A DNA stretch of 64,000 nt from Gammaproteobacteria bacterium (GTDB taxonomy: Bacteria; Pseudomonadota; Gammaproteobacteria; DRLM01), in the NCBI GenBank assembly GCA_037381915.1, contig JARRQJ010000003.1:71794-135793 (forward strand), written 5' to 3'. The translations under genes were made by a program, and so were the position numbers. The notes below the pieces were generated by a model that was not told where the DNA came from, ran no database searches, and worked only from the letters and a program-made list of their open reading frames with translations. This document shows, piece after piece, positions 51,202 through 64,000 of the stretch. How positions within the stretch are numbered: position 1 is the stretch's first letter; every line of letters begins with the position of its first letter.

Positions 51202-52493
51202 TATCTCGGATCGTCCGCCAGGCGGATGCCGCTGAATTGCCAGCGATCGGCGGGGTAAAAGAAATTGCGGTAGCTGGCGCGGATGTGACCCGCCGGGGTG
51301 GCACAGGAGCCGCCGCGCAACACGATCTGATTACACATGAATTTCCCGTTATATTCGCCGAGCGTGCCGGCCAGGGGACGAAAACCCGGATAGGCGACAT
51401 AGGGGCTTTGCGTCCATTCCCATACATCGCCGTAGAGCTGCCGCATCCCCGCGCCCTGCGCGGCCATGGGATGATAACGGTCCGTGCCTTGAAGATTGCC
51501 GGTCACCGTCGCTTGCCGCGCCGCCACTTCCCACTCCGCTTCGGTGGGCAGACGCCTGCCGGCCCAGCGGGCGTAGGCATCCGCCTCATAATAACTCACG
51601 TGGCAGACCGGTTCATGCTCATCCACCGCGCGCATTCCGGCAAGGGTCATGTGCCGCCAGCCCCCGTCGCCGTATTCCCAATAAAGGGGGGCCTCCCAGC
51701 TGCGTTCCCTGACCGTGCGCCAGCCTTCCGACAACCAGTATTCCGGGCGTCGATAGCCATCATCCGCCATGAACTCCAGATATTCGCCGTTGGTGATCGG
51801 ACGTGAAGCCAGACGAAAGTCCTCAAGATAGACGCGATGGCGCGGGGTTTCATTGTCGTAACAAAACGCCTCCCCCGCGTGACCGATCTCATAAAGGCCG
51901 CCCGCGAATTCGTGCCATGCTGGCGCCGGGGGCGGCGCCGACACCCCGCGCCCCGTGTCCTGATATACCGGACACAGAGGCTGGGAGGCAAAGATATGCT
52001 TGATATCGGTGAGGAGCAATTCCTGATGCTGCTGCTCATGGTGGATACCGAGCGTAGCGCGGAAAGCCACATCCGGCCATTGTTGGTCCGGCATGCAGTC
52101 GATCAGCCGCACCATCCACTCATCGACATGATGTCGATAGCGATAAACCTCCTCCAGCGCCGGACGCGACAGAAAGCCGCGTCGGGACCGCGGATGCATG
52201 GGGCCCGCGCCTTCATAGTACGAGTTGAACAATACGGCGAATTGGGGATGGAACTCGCGATAATCGGACAGGAACGGCTTCAGCAGAAAGGTCTCGAACA
52301 ACCAACTGACATGAGCGAGGTGCCACTTGGGCGGACTGACGTCGGGCATGGTCTGCATGCAGCAGTCCTCCGCCGACAACGGCGCGCATAATTTCTCGCT
52401 CATGCCGCGTACGGACCGATAGTGCGACAACAGGGCTTGTCGCTCCGGCATAGCCGTTTCATTTCTCAGAGCCCTATCCGTCGGCGACGCCAT
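51201..52493 (-). CDS. egtB: Hercynine oxygenase / sulfoxide synthase EgtB (DinB_2 plus FGE-sulfatase domains)
   Basis: 430 aa; N-terminal DinB-like region with the HEQQHQELL iron-binding motif; C-terminal FGE-like domain; overlaps the egtD start. Confidence 0.8.
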   Translation of the reverse strand: MASPTDRALRNETAMPERQALLSHYRSVRGMSEKLCAPLSAEDCCMQTMPDVSPPKWHLAHVSWLFETFLLKPFLSDYREFHPQFAVLFNSYYEGAGPMHPRSRRGFLSRPALEEVYRYRHHVDEWMVRLIDCMPDQQWPDVAFRATLGIHHEQQHQELLLTDIKHIFASQPLCPVYQDTGRGVSAPPPAPAWHEFAGGLYEIGHAGEAFCYDNETPRHRVYLEDFRLASRPITNGEYLEFMADDGYRRPEYWLSEGWRTVRERSWEAPLYWEYGDGGWRHMTLAGMRAVDEHEPVCHVSYYEADAYARWAGRRLPTEAEWEVAARQATVTGNLQGTDRYHPMAAQGAGMRQLYGDVWEWTQSPYVAYPGFRPLAGTLGEYNGKFMCNQIVLRGGSCATPAGHIRASYRNFFYPADRWQFSGIRLADDPR

Positions 52494-53132
52494 CCCTCGA
52501 CTCCTTGCTGATTTCGTATAGACCGCAGCAGCAGCTTCTCATTCATTCTGGACCGAGGTTACCATGCCCAGAGTCTTATTCAAAGGCGCAGCGCTCTCAA
52601 AGAGCGAACTTTGCCATATTGTGAAAGGTAATTATTATTTCTGCCGGACACTGTCAAGCAGCGTTTTCTTCTCACCAGTGATACGCGTGCCGCATGCGGC
52701 TTAAGCGTCGTCGTCACCTTAACCGATTGTTCATGACGGCCTCCATACGGAATCCCATTAGGTGGCCGCTTCATCGTTACTCACGCAATACCGCTTTTCT
52801 GCAATTCCAGGAGAATGATCAACCAAAAGTTGAATGCATCTGACTTATTGGTGATCATACCTCTCTGCCCACGTGATCAGCTCGGTTGTGCACATACACG
52901 GTGACACTGCTTACTTGACCGGAAGCTTTGCTCCAGATGTTAACGCGATGATATCCCAGCAAGGGGTTGCAGGACAGGACGACCACCAAAGCGTGGCATA
53001 AGGGGATTGCGTGAAGGCGAAGGCTTCGCCGGATTCATGTACGGCGAAATTGTGTTCGTGGCCAAGCAAGGCCAGTCGTCCGTCAAGTTGCGCCACTACC
53101 AGGCAAAAGGATGTCACAAAAGTCTACATCCG

Positions 53133-54866
53133 TCACGCCGTCTCCAGGTATTCCACCAGCAACTGGGCGCTGTGTTGACCGCGGTACTCGTTCACGTCCA
53201 GTTTATATGCCATGCGCGCCCGAGCGGCCGGGTGCGGACAGGCGCGCTCAGCGGCATTGAAGGCGATGGCGTCGATCAGTCTGTCATAGCCGGGCACCTT
53301 CACCACCATCTTGAGATGGCGCTCGCCGACGATCCGTTGATTGACGATCTCGAACAGGCCGTCGAACAGCGGTTCGGGAAAAGTCTGTCCCCACGGCCCC
53401 GCGGCGCGCAACAGCTCCGCCAGAGCCAGGTTCAATTCCTCGGGGACCAGTTCACCGTCGCTCATGATCACGCCGCGCAAATCCTCCCCCGCCAGGTGGC
53501 GGCGCACCTCCTCGTCGAAGGCGGCGCTGAAGGCCGCGAAGTTTCGTCGCGCCAGGTTCAGGCCCGCCGCCATGGCATGCCCGCCGAACTTGCTGAGCAG
53601 ACCGGGATGGCGTGCTGCCACCGCGTCCAGTACGTCGCGGATATGCACGCCGGGGACCGAGCGCGCCGAACCCTTGATGTCGTCGTCCCCGGCGGGCGCA
53701 AAGGCGATCACCGGGCGGTGGAGGCGCTCCTTGATGCGCGAGGCCAGAATCCCGATCACGCCTTGATGCCATTGCTCCTGAAACAGGCACACGCCCACCG
53801 GCAGTCCGGGATCGTCTTCACCGAGCGCCAGGGCCTCGAGCGCCCTCAGGGCGTCATCCTGCATCTGCGCTTCGATGGCGCGCCGTTCCTGATTGAGTTG
53901 ATCGAGCCGCGCCGCCATCATCCGCGCCCGGGTCATGTCGTCGGCGAGCAGGCATTCGATACCCAGCGTCATATCCTCCAGACGGCCCGCCGCATTCAGC
54001 CGCGGCGCCACCGCGAATCCCAGGTCGGCGGCGACCAGCTGCCGCGCGTTGCGGCCGGCCACCGCAAGCAGGGCCTCGATCCCGGTGCATGCGCGACCGG
54101 CGCGAATGCGCGCCAGGCCCTGACTCACCAGGATGCGATTGTTGTAATCCAGCGGCACCACGTCCGCCACCGTGCCCAGCGCCACCAGATCCAGCAACTG
54201 TGCGAGATTGGGTTCGGCGATCCCGTTGCGGGAAAACCATTGTTCCCGGCGCAGGCGGGCGCGCAGGCCCATCAACACATAGAAGATCACCCCGACGCCC
54301 GCCAGATTCTTGCTCGGAAAGTCATCGCCCGGTTGATTGGGATTGACGATGGCGTCGGCCGGCGGCAACACCTCCCCCGGCAGGTGATGATCGGTGACGA
54401 GAACCTGCATGCCGCGCTGTTGCGCCGCGGCCACACCTTCGATACTGGAGATGCCGTTGTCCACGGTAATCAATAGTTCGGGTTGCCGCTGCGCCGCCAC
54501 GGCGACGATCTCCGGCGTTAATCCGTAGCCGAAGGTGAAACGGTTGGGCACCACGTAACAGACGTCCCGTGCTCCGAGCAGCCGCAGGCCGCGCACCGCC
54601 ACGGCGCAACTGGTCGCGCCGTCGGCATCGAAATCGGCGACGATGAGGATGCGCTTCTGCTGCTGCAGCGCGGCGGCGAGCAACTCGCAGGCGGCGTCGA
54701 TCCCCTTCAAAGCGGCATAGGGATGCAAGCCCTCCAGGGAATAACGCAGCTCCCGGGCGTCATGCAATGCACGGGACAGATAGACCCGGCGCAGTACCGG
54801 GTGAAGATCGTCCGGCAGGCTGTCCGACGTCACGGCGGCGGCGCGCCGTTGAATGATCTTTTTCAC
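53133..54866 (-). CDS. recJ: Single-stranded-DNA-specific exonuclease RecJ
   Basis: 577 aa; DHH and DHHA1 motifs (ILIVADFDADGATSCA, VTDHHLP, GGHAMAAG). Confidence 0.95.
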   Translation of the reverse strand: MKKIIQRRAAAVTSDSLPDDLHPVLRRVYLSRALHDARELRYSLEGLHPYAALKGIDAACELLAAALQQQKRILIVADFDADGATSCAVAVRGLRLLGARDVCYVVPNRFTFGYGLTPEIVAVAAQRQPELLITVDNGISSIEGVAAAQQRGMQVLVTDHHLPGEVLPPADAIVNPNQPGDDFPSKNLAGVGVIFYVLMGLRARLRREQWFSRNGIAEPNLAQLLDLVALGTVADVVPLDYNNRILVSQGLARIRAGRACTGIEALLAVAGRNARQLVAADLGFAVAPRLNAAGRLEDMTLGIECLLADDMTRARMMAARLDQLNQERRAIEAQMQDDALRALEALALGEDDPGLPVGVCLFQEQWHQGVIGILASRIKERLHRPVIAFAPAGDDDIKGSARSVPGVHIRDVLDAVAARHPGLLSKFGGHAMAAGLNLARRNFAAFSAAFDEEVRRHLAGEDLRGVIMSDGELVPEELNLALAELLRAAGPWGQTFPEPLFDGLFEIVNQRIVGERHLKMVVKVPGYDRLIDAIAFNAAERACPHPAARARMAYKLDVNEYRGQHSAQLLVEYLETA

Positions 54867-55057
54867 GAAACTGTCATCCTTGCTCTTGCCTCTATCATGA
54901 CCCTATCAAGCAGAGTGGAGCGGGCGGGGGCGGATCCCGCTTCACCGTTCGCGCCCTCCGCGTCGCCGCTTGGATCAAAGGCAAGCCCTTCCAGCGCGAC
55001 GATCGTTGGCACCAATCTCCCACCTCAATCTCCAGATGAACTCGTGGCCTCATGCCG

Positions 55058-56071
55058 CTACAGCCACTGGTCCAGCGACCGCCGCCCGACCCACCACCGC
55101 CGCGCGTCCCTGCCGGTCAAGCGAAACGAGCTGCCGTCCGTCGGATAGAGATGCACCGCCGCCAAGCGGCGCTGTTTGAGCGCGGTCAATAGAGGCTTCA
55201 GCCAGTCGTCGTGCAGCGCCCGCAGAAATTCCCGCCAGGCCTCCACTTCGCCGAACCGGATTTTTTCCTGCAACCCGTCCCATATCAGCAAATGCTCTCC
55301 GGGCGTCCCGTCCTCCAACCACTCCTCCGCCTCGGCCGGCTGCGAAGAAGCCGGTACGCGCGCCAGTGAGGCCAGGCTTTTACTCAAGGCATCGTTGCCC
55401 CACAGCTGCGACCAGGCCACCGCAGGGGGGGAAGGCAACTCGCCGCCGCCCCAAAACCACAGGCTGTTGACCGGCAGGGCGCCGCGCGCCTCACGCTCCC
55501 GATTGACCCGGCTGGAATGCAGCACCATCTGTACTTCGTTCATCACACTGCGCCAGTAAGCCGCCGCGGGCCCGCGAGGCATGTGGTCAACAATATCCTG
55601 CCCGATCACCTCGGGCAGTCCGTCGGTGTTGATCTGCGGATCCTTGTCGAGACGCAGATACCAGCGGCGCACATTCGGCGCCTCGAGTTTCCAGCCTTCT
55701 CCGGCGAAGTGCTGATTGAGTTCCGCGGCGATGTCGTTGCATTCCTCGACGGCGATATCCAGCACCCGGTTGCCGAGCATGACGATGCGATCCCGGTCGG
55801 CGCGCAGGTGGACCGGATCGGCGCGCAGCCACCAGTAACCTCCGGCATCTCCCGCCTCCCACTGCCGGGTGACGGCGGCGATGGGTAAGTCGACGCCGTC
55901 ACCGCCGCTAAGACGAAAGAGCGCGAACAGCGTGCGTTCCAGCCCTTTCCCCTCCGACGACTCACGACGGGCGCGACTCAACATGATATCCAAGGCCGGC
56001 AACGACAAGTCCCGCCATATCTCGGGCGGCCGCTTGCTCTCCGCCGGTCCGAACAGGCCGGGGATCACCAT
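55058..56071 (-). CDS. Conserved hypothetical protein (~337 aa)
   Basis: Long ORF between recJ and tilS with a distinctive WFWGGG motif; start uncertain, since the track start 56128 overlaps tilS and the internal Met 56071 (MVIPGLFGP) does not. Confidence 0.45.
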   Translation of the reverse strand: MVIPGLFGPAESKRPPEIWRDLSLPALDIMLSRARRESSEGKGLERTLFALFRLSGGDGVDLPIAAVTRQWEAGDAGGYWWLRADPVHLRADRDRIVMLGNRVLDIAVEECNDIAAELNQHFAGEGWKLEAPNVRRWYLRLDKDPQINTDGLPEVIGQDIVDHMPRGPAAAYWRSVMNEVQMVLHSSRVNREREARGALPVNSLWFWGGGELPSPPAVAWSQLWGNDALSKSLASLARVPASSQPAEAEEWLEDGTPGEHLLIWDGLQEKIRFGEVEAWREFLRALHDDWLKPLLTALKQRRLAAVHLYPTDGSSFRLTGRDARRWWVGRRSLDQWL

Positions 56072-56091
56072 GGTGAGCTGCCGCGCCGCTG

Positions 56092-57459
56092 TCACTGATC
56101 CGTCCCGTCCCGTGCCGCGCGGCGCCACTCGAATACCAGCCCGGCCTCATCCGCACCCGCCTGGCATGGCGTGCACACCCAATATCCCGGCACCGCCGCC
56201 AATTGCTCGTCGATGTAGATGAGCGGCAGGTGATCCCGCTCCCATGGCGGCATCCCGATCTCCTGCAGGAGCTTTTTGAGGGGCCGGTTCGCGCCGTGCC
56301 GCGCAATCCGACAGGTTTCGCCGCCGCGACGGTAACGCACCGTCACCGCGCCCGGCCGGCACAGCGCGTGCTTGACCCCCGCGCCGCGGGCGGGAACGGC
56401 GACCAGATTGCTGCCGTCCGGCAAGGGCAAGGCCCGCTCCAGGCCCCAGGGCAGAACCGCCGCGCTCTCCACCGGGTCATGCGGAGGCGAGACATACAAA
56501 TGATCGCGATAACGCCGCACCACCGCACCCTCCCACGCCACTTCCGGAGAACGGTCCGCCGCGGCCTGCAGCAACTCTCCCTGCAACTGGGCAAGCCGCA
56601 CCGTGTCGGGCAATTTGAAACCCAGCTGCTTTAACCAGAAGCGCAGCACATTGCGCTGCCGCGCCGCATCCAGCTCCAACAAGGCGCCGATGCGCAGCCT
56701 GCGGCCCGTGGCTTCACAGCGGCGTAAATCCTCCGCCGCGAGTACATCCAGCAAGTGGGCCGCCTCCGCCTGATGGGCCGCGCCGCGCGCCAGCACCCGC
56801 GCCGCCGCCGGCCAACGTTCGCGCAAGACGGGCATCACGGCGTTGCGCAGATAGTTGCGGTCGAAACCGCCGTCCGCATTGCTGGGGTCGTCGATCCAGC
56901 GCAAGGCGTGCCGTTCTGCGTAGCGGCGCAGCTCATCGCGGGGAAAGCCCAGCAACGGCCTGGCGTGCAGCCCGCCGGCAAACGCGCTCACCGCCGGCAT
57001 GGCCGCCAGACCGTGGGGGCCGCCGCCGCGCAGCAATTGCAGCAACAAGGTCTCGGCCTGATCATCCTGATGGTGCGCGGTAAGCAGGCAATCGCCGGCG
57101 CGCATCAGGCCGGCCAGGGCCCGATAGCGGGCGGCGCGCGCCGCCGCTTCGGGGCTTTCGCCGCTACCGGCGCGCGCGTTCACCTGCAACAGAGTGAAGG
57201 GCAGGTCCAGCTCCCCACACACCGTCGCGCAATGCTGCGCCCACTCCGCGGAGGCCGCCTGCAGGCCGTGATCGACGTGCACGACATCCAGTGCCGTTAC
57301 GGCGCCTGCCTCGCGCAACCCCGCGGTGGCATGCAGCAGGACATGGGAATCGCCGCCGCCGCTGTACGCCAGCCAGAAGCGCGATACACCGGGCAGGTCC
57401 CGCAGAATCTCGGCTAGGCTTTCGGAGGAAAAGGGCTGGTGGCGGCGACGCACATACAC
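56092..57459 (-). CDS. tilS: tRNA(Ile)-lysidine synthetase
   Basis: 455 aa; PP-loop LAYSGGGDSHVLLH; lies immediately upstream of accA as in many gammaproteobacteria. Confidence 0.85.
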   Translation of the reverse strand: MYVRRRHQPFSSESLAEILRDLPGVSRFWLAYSGGGDSHVLLHATAGLREAGAVTALDVVHVDHGLQAASAEWAQHCATVCGELDLPFTLLQVNARAGSGESPEAAARAARYRALAGLMRAGDCLLTAHHQDDQAETLLLQLLRGGGPHGLAAMPAVSAFAGGLHARPLLGFPRDELRRYAERHALRWIDDPSNADGGFDRNYLRNAVMPVLRERWPAAARVLARGAAHQAEAAHLLDVLAAEDLRRCEATGRRLRIGALLELDAARQRNVLRFWLKQLGFKLPDTVRLAQLQGELLQAAADRSPEVAWEGAVVRRYRDHLYVSPPHDPVESAAVLPWGLERALPLPDGSNLVAVPARGAGVKHALCRPGAVTVRYRRGGETCRIARHGANRPLKKLLQEIGMPPWERDHLPLIYIDEQLAAVPGYWVCTPCQAGADEAGLVFEWRRAARDGTDQ

Positions 57460-57463
57460 CGGG

Positions 57464-58429
57464 TTACTGACGACGCGTAGTGAAGTTTCCGAACTGCATG
57501 AGGCGCTCGTAGCGATTCTTGAGCAGCTCGTCGAGACTGAGCCCGCTCAACGCCTCCACATTATCCAGCAGCGCCTGCTTCAGGCTTTGCGCGCTTTCAT
57601 CCATGGCGCGGTGCGCCCCGCCCAGGGGCTCCTTGATCACCGTGTCCACCAGATTGAGTTTTTTCAAGCGCGCGGAGGTAATGCCCATAATCTCGGCGGC
57701 ATCGGCGGCCTTCTCGGCACTCTTCCACAGGATGGATGCACAACCCTCCGGCGAGATCACCGAATAAGTACTGTACTCCAACATCAGAATACGGTCGCCC
57801 ACGCCGATAGCCAGCGCGCCGCCCGAACCGCCTTCGCCGATCACGGTGCACACGATGGGCACCCTCAAGCTTGACATTACCATCAGGTTGCGGGCGATGG
57901 CCTCGCTCTGGCCGCGCTCCTCCGCGTCGATGCCCGGATAGGCGCCGGGGGTGTCGATGAAGGTGAGGATCGGCATCTTGAAGCGCTCCGCCATCTGCAT
58001 CAAGCGCAAGGCCTTGCGATAACCCTCGGGTCGCGGCATGCCGAAATTGCGCCGCACCTTTTCCTTGGTATCGCGCCCCTTCTGCTGACCGATCACCATC
58101 ACCGGTTTACCCTCCAGGCGCGCCACGCCACCGACAATGGCGGGGTCGTCGCCGAAGGCGCGATCGCCGTGCAGTTCGTCAAAATCGGTGAAAATACGTT
58201 CGACATAATCCAGGGTATAGGGACGTCCCGGGTGCCGCGCCAATTGCGCGATCTGCCAGGAGCTCAACTTGGCGAAAATGGTTTCGGTGAGGGTCTTGCT
58301 CTTCGCCTCCAGCCGGGTGATCTCCTCGGAGATATTGATCTCGTTGTCGTTGCTCACGTAGCGCAGCTCTTGAATCTTGGCCTCGAGCTCGGCAATGGGT
58401 TGTTCGAAATCCAAAAAGCTATGTTTCAT
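57464..58429 (-). CDS. accA: Acetyl-CoA carboxylase carboxyltransferase subunit alpha
   Basis: 321 aa; [19 protein letters not shown]..; canonical AccA. Confidence 0.95.
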   Translation of the reverse strand: MKHSFLDFEQPIAELEAKIQELRYVSNDNEINISEEITRLEAKSKTLTETIFAKLSSWQIAQLARHPGRPYTLDYVERIFTDFDELHGDRAFGDDPAIVGGVARLEGKPVMVIGQQKGRDTKEKVRRNFGMPRPEGYRKALRLMQMAERFKMPILTFIDTPGAYPGIDAEERGQSEAIARNLMVMSSLRVPIVCTVIGEGGSGGALAIGVGDRILMLEYSTYSVISPEGCASILWKSAEKAADAAEIMGITSARLKKLNLVDTVIKEPLGGAHRAMDESAQSLKQALLDNVEALSGLSLDELLKNRYERLMQFGNFTTRRQ

Positions 58430-58485
58430 GTATAAATTCTGTTGGTTCAGGGGATCGCCATTCTAACAAAGCGGACGAAGAACGG

Positions 58486-61959
<3,474 letters not shown>

Positions 61960-62182
61960 GGCGTGTATTCTAGCTCAGCGCCAGCGCCGCGGCACGGCTT
62001 GACAAGCACAGATTATCACCCGGGTATCCGGTGGCCAGGCGAATCCGTTTATGAAGATAGATCGATAAGCCTTTGACGCTATGGATAATGAAGAAATTCC
62101 CGCTCGGGACGGCCTTACTTCGAAAGTCTCGGGCGGGTATCATCTTCGCGTAGCATCTCTACGCGCAACACAAGGATTGCTT

Positions 62183-62521
62183 ATGACTGACGATACGCCT
62201 CCGCCCGGTGCCGAAACCCCGGAACGAAAACCTGACGACACAGCCTTCAAGCAGCATGTGAAGGCCCGCTCCACCTGGCTGCGACTGTTCTTCATGCTGG
62301 TCATTGTCGTACTTTACGGCGTGTCTCGCGTCGTGGTGGGCGCGGTGGTAGTGCTGCAATTCTTCTGGCTGCTCTTCACCGGCGGGACCAACGCGCGGCT
62401 GCAACAGCTTGGCCAGGCTCTGGCTACTTATACTTATCAGATTATCCTCTACCTGAGCTTCAACACCGAGCAGCGGCCGTTTCCGTTCGACGCCGACTGG
62501 CCGGCCGGGCCGCCCTCCTGA
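62183..62521 (+). CDS. Small membrane protein, uncharacterized (~112 aa)
   Basis: ATG 62183 with AAGGA RBS; two hydrophobic helices (LRLFFMLVIVVLYGV.., VVVLQFFWLLFTGG); no known function. Confidence 0.45.
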   Translation: MTDDTPPPGAETPERKPDDTAFKQHVKARSTWLRLFFMLVIVVLYGVSRVVVGAVVVLQFFWLLFTGGTNARLQQLGQALATYTYQIILYLSFNTEQRPFPFDADWPAGPPS

Positions 62522-62763
62522 ATCCGACACCGCCGAAGCGTGCTGTCATGTGCCATCGCTAGGTGCCACGGTCCGCCGCACCCGAGGCGATGGTTCCGGA
62601 CACGGTCTTGAATGTTTCCCTTCCTTAGTAAGAGGCAGAGAGTTCACTTTCGACTGCGGACGTTTGATTACACGGGATTGCGTTCGTGCCACCGAAGTGA
62701 AGTAATGCGATTGTCCGAGTTCTATCCGATGGTTGGGAACACCTCAACCGGTAATGGCCCCGT

Positions 62764-63060
62764 TTATTTCGTAGCCTTGAGCAGGGCTTGAAGTGGAAAG
62801 CCTTCATCTATAAGGAGGCCGATGCCATCGTGTTCTTTATGTACAACAAAGGCCTTGGCCGTTATCTGTTTAGCCAGTGGAGGTGAGGCATCAATCGCCA
62901 ATCTAAGATAACTCCCCTTCTTGATTCGGCTTTCGGCTGTCTTGATATATAGGCCACTAAAACTGATGTTATGGACCCGGCCGGGATATATAAATCCGTG
63001 GAGGTCGTAAAGCAATGCGCTGTGCTGTGCCAGCCTGCGTGGATGCTGCCGGTGTTCCAT
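62764..63060 (-). CDS. Stand-alone PilZ-domain protein (c-di-GMP receptor family)
   Basis: 98 aa; PilZ-like motifs QHPRR (RxxxR) and NISFSGLYI (D/NxSxxG). Confidence 0.6.
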   Translation of the reverse strand: MEHRQHPRRLAQHSALLYDLHGFIYPGRVHNISFSGLYIKTAESRIKKGSYLRLAIDASPPLAKQITAKAFVVHKEHDGIGLLIDEGFPLQALLKATK

Positions 63061-64000
63061 TTTGACTTCCCTTTCTCAGCACAATGCCATCAAATCACAA
63101 TTGCCCCTTCATGTGACCTGCCGTTGGTCCGGTACGGTTCTGCGCTTCTCGTTCGACAGGGTATTGATCCTACCTGGTGCCATGGGGCGTGGCGACAGAC
63201 TATATGGGCTCACTTAAATTAACCTGAAAAATCGGGCAGAGTGATGATCTCGGATGGCAGTTAGTTACACCTCAGGTGCTCCGTGGCCGTTCATGGAAAC
63301 TGTCAGGGTAAGTTCAGCGCTGGTGATTATATGAAAAGAGACGCGCGACCACCCTTTTTACAAGGCCCGGTATGGGACGCAGAGTGCTGGCGCCCCGTTG
63401 ATTCACCTGGCAGTGCCTTGCCGGCTTAGTGCCCACAAGAAGATGGCGAGGAGCGCATAGCTAACGGTGCTGAAGGAATGGTCGTGCAAATATGAAAGTC
63501 CCGCCATGAGCAGTGACGCCAGCGCTGAGACCTGAAGAATAATGCGCAATGGTTTGGAGATTATCATTAGATCCATATCTCCTGAATGGATTCGTCAGAC
63601 ATTGCGGGCCTGTTACCGTATGCCTGTGTACACAGCATATGACACACAGGCGACCGCCGAAAGCACTGCTTTCGTCGACAAATAGTGCATAAAAAAGATC
63701 CCGGCAACGTGCTGGGTACCGGGATCCAAAAATGCCTAGCCTTTGGGAAACTAGGCATTCCTCCCGTCCCGGGGTAGAAGGGGTGAGGACGGGCTGAGTG
63801 CAATGGGCGTTGTACTCGTGATACCACAGGTATGCTGTCGCCGGGTTCAAGACAGCGACGTCAGCGGAAACAGATATTACGAGCTGCGCGGAATTCCTGA
63901 GACTGGCATCGACCCAACTTGTTAAGAGCTGTTTGCTCTTCCGCTGACGTTGGCCATGACCCTCAACGATCCCTTATTCTCCTCCTCTCGACCCTTTACC

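Noticed and set aside
53007-54476. 489-aa plus-strand ORF antisense to recJ
   Set aside because: Within recJ (DHH/DHHA1 motifs on the other strand); Arg/His/Gln-rich nonsense composition.
63461-63850. 129-aa and 86-aa minus-strand ORFs at the window end
   Set aside because: They span a cluster of perfect hairpins and have no RBS; the region is more likely structured non-coding DNA or RNA.

Overview
This is a high-GC (about 63-68% in the housekeeping genes, judged by eye) gammaproteobacterial chromosomal segment, densely packed with conserved core genes in classical syntenic blocks.

Left to right the blocks are:
- FGGY-kinase fragment, cysZ-like gene, HD-GYP phosphodiesterase, aminotransferase, CbbY-like HAD phosphatase.
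- A DksA with an unusual Lys/Ala/Pro-rich N-terminal tail, then acs.
- hsp20 (minus strand, with a candidate sigma-32 promoter) and uppP.
- pnp, rpsO, truB, rbfA, infB, nusA, rimP and an initiator-type tRNA-Met, all on the minus strand.
- acpS, pdxJ, recO, era, rnc, a DUF4845-like gene, lepB, lepA.
- mucD/degP, rseC, rseB, rseA, rpoE, with nadB divergent.
- ygfX-like, sdhE, sdhB, sdhA, sdhD, sdhC, with ygfZ divergent.
- lysS and prfB, the latter with the canonical programmed +1 frameshift site.
- An approximately 8.2-kb lineage-specific island (40.6-48.8 kb) of visibly lower GC.
- A 2-hydroxyacid dehydrogenase, a hypothetical gene, egtD, egtB (ergothioneine), recJ, a hypothetical gene, tilS, accA, dnaE, a small membrane protein and a PilZ protein.

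The most interesting locus is the island. It carries a tandemly duplicated three-gene cassette. Gene A is a large lipoprotein built from 5-6 tandem beta-rich modules of about 75 aa. Gene R is a translationally coupled soluble protein of about 275 aa with a helix-turn-helix-like segment. Gene B is a second modular lipoprotein. The order A1-R1-B1 / A2-R2-B2 is repeated. Each cassette is preceded at the same distance (about 81 nt from the A start codon) by the same 20-bp palindrome, TTTGGGA-N6-TCCCAAA. No mobility genes, CRISPR arrays or rRNA were seen.
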